Source: an uncultured virus (IMG/VR IMGVR_UViG_2049941000_000062)
Lineage: Duplodnaviria > Heunggongvirae > Uroviricota > Caudoviricetes
IMG/VR virus record: IMGVR_UViG_2049941000_000062
DNA: 61,425 nucleotides
Direction: 5' to 3' (one strand)
In this document: positions 31,624 to 39,854 of the stretch, piece by piece
How the letters are laid out: each line of letters begins with the position of its first letter
How positions within the stretch are numbered: the first letter of the stretch is position 1
Notes under the pieces: model-generated
What the model was told of the DNA's origin: nothing
Databases searched by the model: none
What the model saw: the letters and a program-made list of their open reading frames with translations, nothing else
Program-made: the position numbers and the translations under genes

Positions 31624-32079
31624 TCATTCTTCACCTCCAAATAAAAGGTCTAGGTCTTTTGCAATATCTTCATCTATCTCTGTATCAATCCAAAACGATA
31701 TATCTTTAGACCACCCAAACCAGCTTTCAAACTGGAACCCTTTGTCTTTCAACCTTTTCCAAGCCTTTAATTTTTCAACTGCTTTCTCGGCTTCTTCTTC
31801 GGTCTCGAAATAGTTGCCAATAGACTTTCTAAACTCTTCATATTTGCCGCCAGAGCCAATTTTGGCACATTGAATAGTCGAAGTTATACTGTCTATCCAA
31901 TAGTATTCTTTCGGTTCTTCGTAATCTTCCCACTCCTCGTTGAGTTCGGCGAGAGAGTTGTATTCCCAATAATGGCCTCTAATGTCAGTATCTTCAAACA
32001 CGCCGTATTTAGCAGGGCTAACATTCATATCACAATGTAATTTGCCTATTTCCCCTGTTTTCTTATTTCGTAGTCTCAT
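31624..32079 (-). CDS. Phage hypothetical protein (GNYFETEEEAEKA)
   Basis: SD GAGG before MRLRNKK; coding-like composition. Confidence 0.65.
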   Translation of the reverse strand: MRLRNKKTGEIGKLHCDMNVSPAKYGVFEDTDIRGHYWEYNSLAELNEEWEDYEEPKEYYWIDSITSTIQCAKIGSGGKYEEFRKSIGNYFETEEEAEKAVEKLKAWKRLKDKGFQFESWFGWSKDISFWIDTEIDEDIAKDLDLLFGGEE

Positions 32080-32366
32080 TTCTTCCTCACAATCTTTATT
32101 ATACATATTATAAGCAACCCAAATAAGATAAGTGCAATCGTATCCACAATTTCCTTGCCGAAGATGCTAACCAATTCATCGTGCATTATTCACCTCCATA
32201 TCCATCATAGTATTTTACTTCATTCAGTAATTCAGGTCTTACCTGCTTTATCATACCTTCGTGGNNNNNNNNNNCCAGCCTAGGTCATACTTTATCTCTC
32301 CACATTCACAAATACCTGCATAATAAATATGTGTAGCTTTCTCGATTATCTCTCTATTAGTCATCT

Positions 32367-32570
32367 TCACCTCCCAGTATATAATTGACCACCAAGACTT
32401 TCACATCCGCATTTCGGGCATTTCATATTGGCAATCTTCGTGCCTTTTGGAATGTCTAGTGCCAAATATGTTTGTCTGTTGCAATACTTTACAAACAGTT
32501 CTTCCTCATCAAATGCAAGGAACTTAGAGCCACAATTATAACAGGTGCATTGTGCTTTGTAAGTGTTCAT
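32367..32570 (-). CDS. Zn-ribbon-like small protein
   Basis: CYNC...CPKC. Confidence 0.6.
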   Translation of the reverse strand: MNTYKAQCTCYNCGSKFLAFDEEELFVKYCNRQTYLALDIPKGTKIANMKCPKCGCESLGGQLYTGR

Positions 32571-33019
32571 TTCTCGCTCTCCTTTCTTAAAGAAGCATTA
32601 GGGCAAATGATATGCCAATTGGAAGCCATAATATCGACAGAACAATCGCAAGCCATAATGGCTGGACGAGCATTAGTATCAACACTATCGGAATGACAAN
32701 NNNNNNNNNCGTTGCGTACAATCTGATAACTCTGATAACCTGCGTCCATAGCCTTTTTCAGACGGTTATAATCAGCCTTTGGCAAGTCCTTGATGAGCTT
32801 AATCATAATGTTGAATGTTTGCTCTACTTGATCTACATAGACCGGCTTCTTTCTTGCTAACTTAAACATTCTGTTCCTTCCTTAACTTTCTAAGGTAGTC
32901 TTGTTCCTCTCTATACCTAATCTCTCGCACCATTTCACGATATTTGCGGTCTGAGAGGCCATTAGACCTCATTATTTCTAAAAGTGTGTACTTCTTAGGT
33001 TTATATGGTTGGTACATCT

Positions 33020-33349
33020 CTACCCCCTGATAAACTTCTTAGTAAAGTCTGCGAAGCGTGTCTTTGTATAGACCTTCTTTACAGAGTCTTCTTTAGCTGT
33101 ATCTGTTGGCTTGAGCTTTGGTGTTCGGGGTTTGTTCGGTTTTGTTGCTGAGCCTCTCTTGCTAATCTTTCCACCTTTAGCGCCTGCAAGTTTAGCCAAG
33201 ACGTGTTCGCCGTTCTTGTTAACAGTTGCGAATCCGCCTGTATGCCCTAGTTTTCCGCCTCTTGCACCGATAAGAGCGTAGAAGTCCTCTCCGTGCTTCT
33301 TCTTGTTAGTTGCGGCAGCCTTTAGGCCACCTGCTTTAGTTCCCGCCAT
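33020..33349 (-). CDS. KGG-repeat protein
   Basis: Homolog of 2948..3145. Confidence 0.75.
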   Translation of the reverse strand: MAGTKAGGLKAAATNKKKHGEDFYALIGARGGKLGHTGGFATVNKNGEHVLAKLAGAKGGKISKRGSATKPNKPRTPKLKPTDTAKEDSVKKVYTKTRFADFTKKFIRG

Positions 33350-33454
33350 TTTACATTTCCTCCATATATTCGTAATCTAAACCTGATTGTTTAATAATTG
33401 ATGGTAGTGAGATGAAACGGTCACCGTATCTGCTCCACCATCTGTTAGTTGTTC

Positions 33455-33733
33455 TCATAATGCCATCCTTGCTTGCTTATAATCTTCATAGCGAGCCTCT
33501 GTCACCGCCTCAGACACTTTCATTAGTCCTTCTTGCACGAGTTTTGCTCTCGTTCGGCGGATAGATTCTGGGTTTGTGACGTTCATAAGGTTTCGGTAGA
33601 TCCCTGCTGAGCAATCCCAGCCGTCTTCTTCCCAAATCTTAGTGATGAGATATTTGTCGTCCTCTGCTACACGCTTATCGAGCTTGTATAGGTTTAAGAT
33701 TCGTGTTCTGAGTTGTGTTGTGTTAATCTTCAT
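33455..33733 (-). CDS. Conserved hypothetical protein
   Basis: Homolog of 2555..2830. Confidence 0.75.
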   Translation of the reverse strand: MKINTTQLRTRILNLYKLDKRVAEDDKYLITKIWEEDGWDCSAGIYRNLMNVTNPESIRRTRAKLVQEGLMKVSEAVTEARYEDYKQARMAL

Positions 33734-33949
33734 TTTGCACCTCCTATAAGTCTTGGTCGTTATTTTGCTACGCTACTTGCGAATACAATCCCACTCGCTA
33801 CGACCATTGCGAATAGTACAATTACTGCGATCATACCTACGATGGTTAAGACCGAAGCGAATACGAAGCCTGGAGTGAACTCCTCTTTCTCGTATTCAAA
33901 TGGTTTTATTTGCTTAGTTTTTTTATTCATACCGTTTACCTCCTTTTAT

Positions 33950-34374
33950 GAACCCTTGAAGCTGACTCAACCTAGCTTCAAGCGTCCTGATGAACTGAGA
34001 TTTGAGAAGGGTGGGCAATATTCTTAATCTCAGCTCGTCAGGCTCTGGTGAATAGCAAACGCACCAGAGTCACCGTAGAGTGTGGTTTAGTGGTTGGATG
34101 GGGTTATTGCATCCAGCCACCTAGTGAGCAGTCGAACCTACTACAGCGGCTATCAAGAGTGGGGAGTTTTATGATCGCCTTCGACTACTCGCNNNNNNNN
34201 NNTAGGATTGCCAGCCTACGCAGTTTGTTTCGGCTTTCGCCTGCCGGCAATCTAGTAGAAACTTGGAGGGGGTTTCGCAATTTGGTGTATGAAACCCCTT
34301 TATGAAGATTAGTTGGCTTCGATATGCCTTCCACTTAGCTGCTCCGCACCTATTGAGCCAGCACCAACTAATCT
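33950..34374 (-). ncRNA. ~400-nt multi-stem structured RNA, allele B
   Basis: Covaries with 1903..2296. Confidence 0.75.
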
Positions 34375-34500
34375 AAATATCTCCGTTGATAGCATCTTCT
34401 AAAATGAGCATTCCAGAGAGCATCGCTTTTTCTTCAGCCTTAGACCTTGCGAGTTCCTTAATCTCGGCTCTCGCTCGGTCTTTTGCTTCTTCTAGGTTCA

Positions 34501-35088
34501 TTAAGCCTCCTTGCGAGAGTCCATCTCGTTTTGGATAATCTTGCAGATAGCTTCCTTTTGCTTGTCCGTGTATTTGCCATACCCCTTGACTGCTGAGAAC
34601 TTCTTGACGAGTTCTGGTGTGTCTAGGCCTTTAACTTCTTCACGGATTTTGTCGAAGTCTATTCCGTTCTTAGCTTGTTCTGGTTGAGCAGGCTTCTTGC
34701 TGACTTGTTTCTGATATTCATCAGTATCAGCATCTTTCGTATCGTCGATAAGGAATAGGCCGTTAAGCGCGTACTTGCGAGCGTAACTCGAAGCTGTGCC
34801 TGTGATTTGGCTTTCGTCCATATCTTTCTTACTATCGGCCTCTCTAGCGTATGCCGTCACCACTTTGTCGGTTTGTCCGTCATTAAATGTGGCGGTTGCT
34901 TTTACATATATCCTTCCGCCGATTTCTACGACCTCGTCCGATAATGTGAGCGTACAATCGTTGCTGGCTAAGAGCGGCTTTACTGCCTCTAAAATATCCT
35001 CAGCTGAGCGATAATTGTAGTTTCCAAAGTTGTTCCTCTGGTTCTTTGGAGCTTTAAGCTCCGATTGAATCTGCATTAACTTCTTCAT
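34501..35088 (-). CDS. ERF family ssDNA-annealing protein
   Basis: YNYRSAEDI and QITGTASSYARKYAL motifs. Confidence 0.85.
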   Translation of the reverse strand: MKKLMQIQSELKAPKNQRNNFGNYNYRSAEDILEAVKPLLASNDCTLTLSDEVVEIGGRIYVKATATFNDGQTDKVVTAYAREADSKKDMDESQITGTASSYARKYALNGLFLIDDTKDADTDEYQKQVSKKPAQPEQAKNGIDFDKIREEVKGLDTPELVKKFSAVKGYGKYTDKQKEAICKIIQNEMDSRKEA

Positions 35089-35591
35089 AGTTCTTTTTCC
35101 CTTCTATTATTTCTTCTATCGTTTCGCCTTGTTCTAGGCGGTATATTACATATTCACCTATCTTACTCATAGTATTTTGCTCCGTAGTTTCTGTGGCTTG
35201 ACCAGTAATCAAAGCAGTCGTTTGCGAGATACTCTGCGANNNNNNNNNNCGTCAACTCGTTTTTCTATCTCGGCGGTTGTTTTGTTGTAGTGTCTTGCCA
35301 TTCGCTTAATGTAGTAATCTCGATTGTCTTTAGTTATCAACCCCATAACGTTTCTCCAATCTTGCGAAAATAGCCATAAATAATAGTAGGAATACGATCC
35401 AGCTAATGAGCTTAACGATTCCGTTGTCTGATAAAGCGATTTGATACATACATATCATCTCGATAAATAGTTCTAATTTAATAATCTTCATATTGTTTCT
35501 CCTTTTCTTCGTGAAGCTGTATGGCTAGAGCAGATAGTGTGAGAGATGATAATTTGGAAGGTTTGACTAACGATAGTCATTTATTATTGGG

Positions 35592-35641
35592 TCTCTCATA
35601 ATCTAAAAATTGCGAATCTCTCATAATCTAAAAATTGCGAA
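35592..35641 (+). repeat. Perfect 25-bp tandem duplication
   Basis: TCTCTCATAATCTAAAAATTGCGAA x2. Confidence 0.85.
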
Positions 35642-35848
35642 GTGCTAGAACCTATAACCGAAGGCCTCTACGAATGAACATAAACCTACAAAAAATGNNN
35701 NNNNNNNTACCTTCTGATCTAGCCGTATAGCCTCACGAATCTTAATTTTTCTTAGTGGCTAAATTGTTAAAGAGTTTGAGTTCTGCCTTCCGGCGAGTTT
35801 CTGTTACTCCTAGAGCTAAATCGACTGTTCAAGCTCCGAAGAAACCGT

Positions 35849-35876
35849 AAAAAAAGACTTCTTGATAAGAAGTCTT
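35849..35876 (-). terminator. Terminator-like hairpin at the entry to the early leader
   Basis: AAGACTTCTT-ATC-AAGAAGTCTT + U-tract; imperfect equivalent at 523..550 plus. Confidence 0.6.
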
Positions 35877-35912
35877 GTTATAACCTTTCGGCTAGTCTAT
35901 AATAATTTCATT

Positions 35913-35959
35913 GGGGACGTAGCTCATCTGGTAGAGCGCAGCATTCGCATTGCGAAGGT
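35913..35959 (+). tRNA. 5' half of tRNA-Ala(CGC) within attP (incomplete tRNA)
   Basis: GGGGACG TA GCTC ATCTGGTA GAGC G CAGCA TTCGCAT; no T-arm or acceptor 3' strand follows; TTGTTA-17-TATAAT promoter upstream. Confidence 0.8.
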
Positions 35960-36209
35960 TCTCTACCTAGTTATGTTTGATTTCTTATCGTANNNNNNNN
36001 NNNNNNNNNNNNNNNNNNNNNNNNNNNNNNNNNNNNNNNNNNNNNNNNNNNNNNNNNNNNNNNNNNNNNNNNNNNNNNNNNNNNNNNNNNNNNNNNNNNN
36101 NNNNNNNNNNNNNNNNNNNNNNNNNNNNNNNNNNNNNNNNNNNNNNNNNNNNNNNNNNNNNNNNNNNNNNNNNNNNNNNNNNNNNNNNNNNNNNNNNNNN
36201 NNNNNNNNC

Positions 36210-36317
36210 ACAGGGTTCGGTTCTACCGTTTGCTCCCCTGTGGTTTTTTTGTGTTAACAGGTATGGTATAGTCAGATATTCGTCGATATACCTCCTAACA
36301 GCTTCTGATATCTTCAT
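36210..36317 (-). pseudogene. Internally deleted integrase allele
   Basis: MKISEAVRRY (integrase N-terminus) joined without a gap to the integrase 3' end TACCATACCTGTTAA and its downstream hairpin. Confidence 0.7.
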
Positions 36318-36401
36318 ATAAAAAACTCCCCCANNNNNNNNNNCCGCATTAGTTAATATACGTTAGGGGAATGAACTTTGGTAGTGTTTAAGCCGATTTC
36401 G

Positions 36402-36615
36402 CTATTGACACTCTCTGCCGATACAAGCCACGAAGTAGTGAGCTGGCGATTTCTTAGTTGAGGCGATATCTACGAGTTCCCAGAATCTAGTACCATCTAA
36501 GTAGCAAGCACCCTTAGCTACAGCATCGTGCCACCTAGCTTCTACTCTTAAACGTTGCATAGCGGCTGAGATCATATAGTCTCGCTCTTTAGTATCCAAG
36601 TTGTTAGTCCTACCT
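36402..36615 (-). CDS. Allele of the 96-aa gene upstream of integrase
   Basis: Homologous to 37598..37888. Confidence 0.7.
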
Positions 36616-36625
36616 NNNNNNNNNN

Positions 36626-36859
36626 GCCTCTACTATCCAGCTAGTTATCCGTAATGCTACCGAAAAGGCTGGACTACAAAAGAAGGTAAGTCCACACACG
36701 CTGCGCCATAGTTTCGCCACTAACTATATCGGGAACGGTGGAAACATCAGACACCTTGCCGATCTGCTAGGCCACGCAAGCCTTAACACTACCGCCCACT
36801 ACACACACATAGTGAATAACGATCTAAGGAGGGAATATAGCCTGTACCACACCTGTTAA
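36626..36859 (+). CDS. Tyrosine integrase C-terminal fragment
   Basis: PHTLRHSFAT, LLGHASLNTTAHY (HxxR, H, Y); not in ORF track. Confidence 0.9.
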   Translation, partial: ASTIQLVIRNATEKAGLQKKVSPHTLRHSFATNYIGNGGNIRHLADLLGHASLNTTAHYTHIVNNDLRREYSLYHTC

Positions 36860-36945
36860 CATCAAAAAACCACAGGGGGACACACGCTAGAAGCGAACCC
36901 TGTGGATAACTCATTATACCATACAAAAAATCTTTTGTAAAACTA

Positions 36946-36974
36946 TTGACTATAATGCTTATGAGTGCTATACT
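36946..36974 (+). promoter_or_regulatory. Strong sigma70 promoter facing attP
   Basis: TTGACT-17-TATACT with TGn extension. Confidence 0.7.
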
Positions 36975-37069
36975 AAAGTTAAGAAATCGCAAATTAAAAG
37001 GACATATAGATTTACGATAAGAAATCGAACATAGCTGGGTAGCGCACCTTCGCAATGCGNNNNNNNNNN

Positions 37070-37549
37070 TGTATCTCGGTTGAGTTGCACTAGCTCGGAC
37101 ACTCGGATACCTGAAGCATACAAAATAGAGATGATAAACTTAGTCCTTATAATATCCGTTGACGCTATCATTTTGTCTACTTCTTCGGCTGTTAGGAACG
37201 CTGGCAAAACAGGGTCTTTTCTCGGTGTTGGTATAAGTGTGTAGTCTATACATTCTTCGCCTCTGAGTTTCCAGTATTTAAGCACCATTCTAAGGTTGCA
37301 TAGGTAGTTATGAATCGTATTATTACACCTATGCCGGCCATAAGTAGCTAGCTCAGTCTTAAACTTAGATATAATAGCTAGGTCTATATCTTTTAACTCT
37401 GTATCTCCAACAATATCGCACCAGTACCTAGCCAAAGCTCGGTAGTGGAATATCAGAGCCTTATTCACACCTTTAATAGATAAATATTCCTCCTCATATC
37501 TCCGCACCGCCGTAGATAGTTTCATATAAAAAATACTCCCCCACCTCAT
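37070..37549 (-). CDS. Tyrosine integrase N-terminal part (probable start 37525)
   Basis: SAM-like N-terminus then LPAFLTAEEV...SGIRVSEL. Confidence 0.88.
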
Positions 37550-37597
37550 TAGTTGATATTGTGGGGAAGCTATAACCGTTATGAACTTTGGTAGTGT

Positions 37598-37888
37598 TTA
37601 AGCGTATTTCTTAATCTCTTTACCGATACAGGCTACGAAGTAGTGAGCTGGAGAGTTCTTAGAAGAAGCAATATCTACTAGCTCCCAAAACTTAGCACCT
37701 TCTAAATAACAAGCTCCTCTAGCTACTGCGTTATGCCATTGTTCCGATATACCTAGTCTTCTCATAGCCGTTGAGATCATATAATCTCTTTCTTTTACTG
37801 CTAAACCGTTAGTCCTATTCATTGAATCATTGAAGTTTCTTTTAAGAAACTTATCACTGATATTCATTGAAGTAGCTTTGTTCCCCAT
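37598..37888 (-). CDS. 96-aa hypothetical protein co-oriented with integrase
   Basis: SD AAGGAGG; other alleles at 36402..36615 and 38731..38794. Confidence 0.75.
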   Translation of the reverse strand: MGNKATSMNISDKFLKRNFNDSMNRTNGLAVKERDYMISTAMRRLGISEQWHNAVARGACYLEGAKFWELVDIASSKNSPAHYFVACIGKEIKKYA

Positions 37889-38013
37889 AAATCCTCCTTT
37901 TTATAAGCACCCAAAATAAGTAGCCGTATGTAGGCACAGCCTTGAGTATTGTTGTTATGTAGAGTTTTCCACAATCGTACGAAACTTGCTTGAACTCATT
38001 GTTTGTCTTCTGT

Positions 38014-38072
38014 AAACAAAAGACTCCTGCCACACTTAGTGGCTAACGGAGTCTGAATTTGCACTTCAATAC
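38014..38072 (-). ncRNA. Candidate immunity sRNA/attenuator, allele A
   Basis: TTGACA-17-TAATAT promoter (38105..38077); AGACTCC/GGAGTCT terminator; 22/23 complementary to 563..585. Confidence 0.75.
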
Positions 38073-38110
38073 CTTTATATTACACCAGATCGACTAAAAT
38101 GTCAATAGCC

Positions 38111-38720
38111 TTAGCTGGAAGTGGTGTAGTCTATGATAATGTATCCTGAGTTAGTTTCACTCATAGCTGTTCCAAGAACAGAAGCCCAAGTATTCTTGTT
38201 TATATCACGAATTGAAATACCATAAGGTACTACGTTATCTGGTGGAGCAGAGTTAATATCGACATAGTTGTTTGATCCGTCATACCACATACCGTCTAAA
38301 CGGATAAACACCTGGAAGTTATTAGGGAATGCCCTATCCCAGTTATGAGCCGTGTATCCTCTTGTAAGATTTGAAAATGGTTGAACCCTACGATATAAAG
38401 GCTTACCCATAAACGTCCCCAACCTAACGTCCGTAGTAGCGTTGCCACAGTCTATCAGGCTAGGGTCTATTTTTGCAGCTGTGATCGCATTATCTGCGAC
38501 CTTAGCCGTAGTTACTGCGTCATTTGCAAGTTTAGCCGTAGTGATAACACCGTCTGGAATATCCTTATAGTCTATGTCTACCGACTGCGTGCCGGTCTTG
38601 TCCGTGATGTTGATCCTGATACCGTCTGCAATAGTCTGTGTGGTTATAATAGGGCTAAAACCGTCTGTGCCTGGAGTTCCTGGGTCTCCCTTCTCTCCTG
38701 GCTCTCCTGGCTCGCCAGGA
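38111..38720 (-). CDS. Tail fibre C-terminal part (collagen-like repeat)
   Basis: PGE repeats, DGVITTAKLA repeats; probably continues 43790..44104. Confidence 0.7.
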
Positions 38721-38917
38721 NNNNNNNNNNATCCATTGAAGTTTCTTTTAAGAAACTTTTCATTGATATTCATTGAGTATCTGTTGTTCCCCATAAAATA
38801 CCTCCAATTTTTAACACCCAAAATGTAGTCCTGTTTAGTCGTACACACCAGGTTAATTATATTATGTAGAGTTTTCCACAGTTCTAGAATAGTAGATCAC
38901 TCGCTCGTTGAGCTTCT

Positions 38918-38975
38918 AAAAAAGCTCCGTCCCTACTAGAGGGGATAGACGGAGCTTGAATAGTCGATTTAGTAT
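38918..38975 (-). ncRNA. Candidate immunity sRNA/attenuator, allele B
   Basis: TTGACA-17-TACAAT promoter (39008..38980); AGCTCCGTC/GACGGAGCT + U6 terminator; 22/23 complementary to 35816..35838. Confidence 0.78.
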
Positions 38976-39004
38976 CTTTATTGTAGCAAAGATTGGCTAA
39001 AATG

Positions 39005-39853
39005 TCAAGCCGTACGCTTCCACATATAGACCGTTAAGTACGGTGGCATATTGTTGTGTGGTTGTCCACCACCAGCAGGTATGATAGCGTTGCTTGTATC
39101 GACAGGATCGCTCGTCAACTGTTGTCGTGACATAGCGTCCTTGTCATTACCGTTGCCTACACGTCTAAAACCTTGCGAGCTGTGGGTGTGGCTTGGCATC
39201 TCTTCAATAGTAAGAGTATGCGTTGCTTCACCACCTGTCGCACCAGCCGTATATGTATCGCCTGCCGAGAGTAGGAACGTATCTTCTATCTGTTCCCAAA
39301 TACCCCCCATAAATGTTTCTGGGCTTACATTGTTTACCGACATATAGATCGAGCCAACTGGGTAGATGATGCTAAGAGCTACGTCCTTGAACGCTTGCTC
39401 GGTTGGTATGTAAGCATCTTCCCCCGGATCGCCTTTAGGTAACGTGAGGTTAAGTGTTTGATCCGGTGGAGTTCCAGTTATAGTAGCGCCAGCCGTAGCA
39501 CCACCTTGTACAACCCCAATAGACAGGGAATTGGCTGGGCCTGGCTCTCCATTTGCCCCTGGAGGCCCTTGAATACCTCTAGGCCCTTGAAACTGTGCGC
39601 CTTGACCTTCTTCCGGCCACCTCTCCCCAGTCCATATATAGAGTAAGCCGTCTGCTTGGACGAAATATGCTACTCCAGCGTCTGACGGTGTTAAGTGGTG
39701 TGGCAGATCGGAATATGTGTCTACTGAGCCGTCTATCTCAAGACCTGCCCCAGCAGGGCCTGGAAGCCCTTGCAAGCCTCCAGCACCCTTTACTATCACG
39801 TGTGTATGTTCTTGTGATACTTTGACTAGGTTGTTTACTACGTTTGGTTGCAT
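39005..39853 (-). CDS. Short tail fibre/collar-domain protein
   Basis: Gly-X-Y repeats; YPVGSIY...HNNMPPYLTVYMWKRTA. Confidence 0.8.
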   Translation of the reverse strand: MQPNVVNNLVKVSQEHTHVIVKGAGGLQGLPGPAGAGLEIDGSVDTYSDLPHHLTPSDAGVAYFVQADGLLYIWTGERWPEEGQGAQFQGPRGIQGPPGANGEPGPANSLSIGVVQGGATAGATITGTPPDQTLNLTLPKGDPGEDAYIPTEQAFKDVALSIIYPVGSIYMSVNNVSPETFMGGIWEQIEDTFLLSAGDTYTAGATGGEATHTLTIEEMPSHTHSSQGFRRVGNGNDKDAMSRQQLTSDPVDTSNAIIPAGGGQPHNNMPPYLTVYMWKRTA

Positions 39854-39854
39854 A

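Noticed and set aside
38111..38848. Fusion of the 96-aa gene N-terminus with a tail fibre
   Set aside because: Gap-spanning artefact
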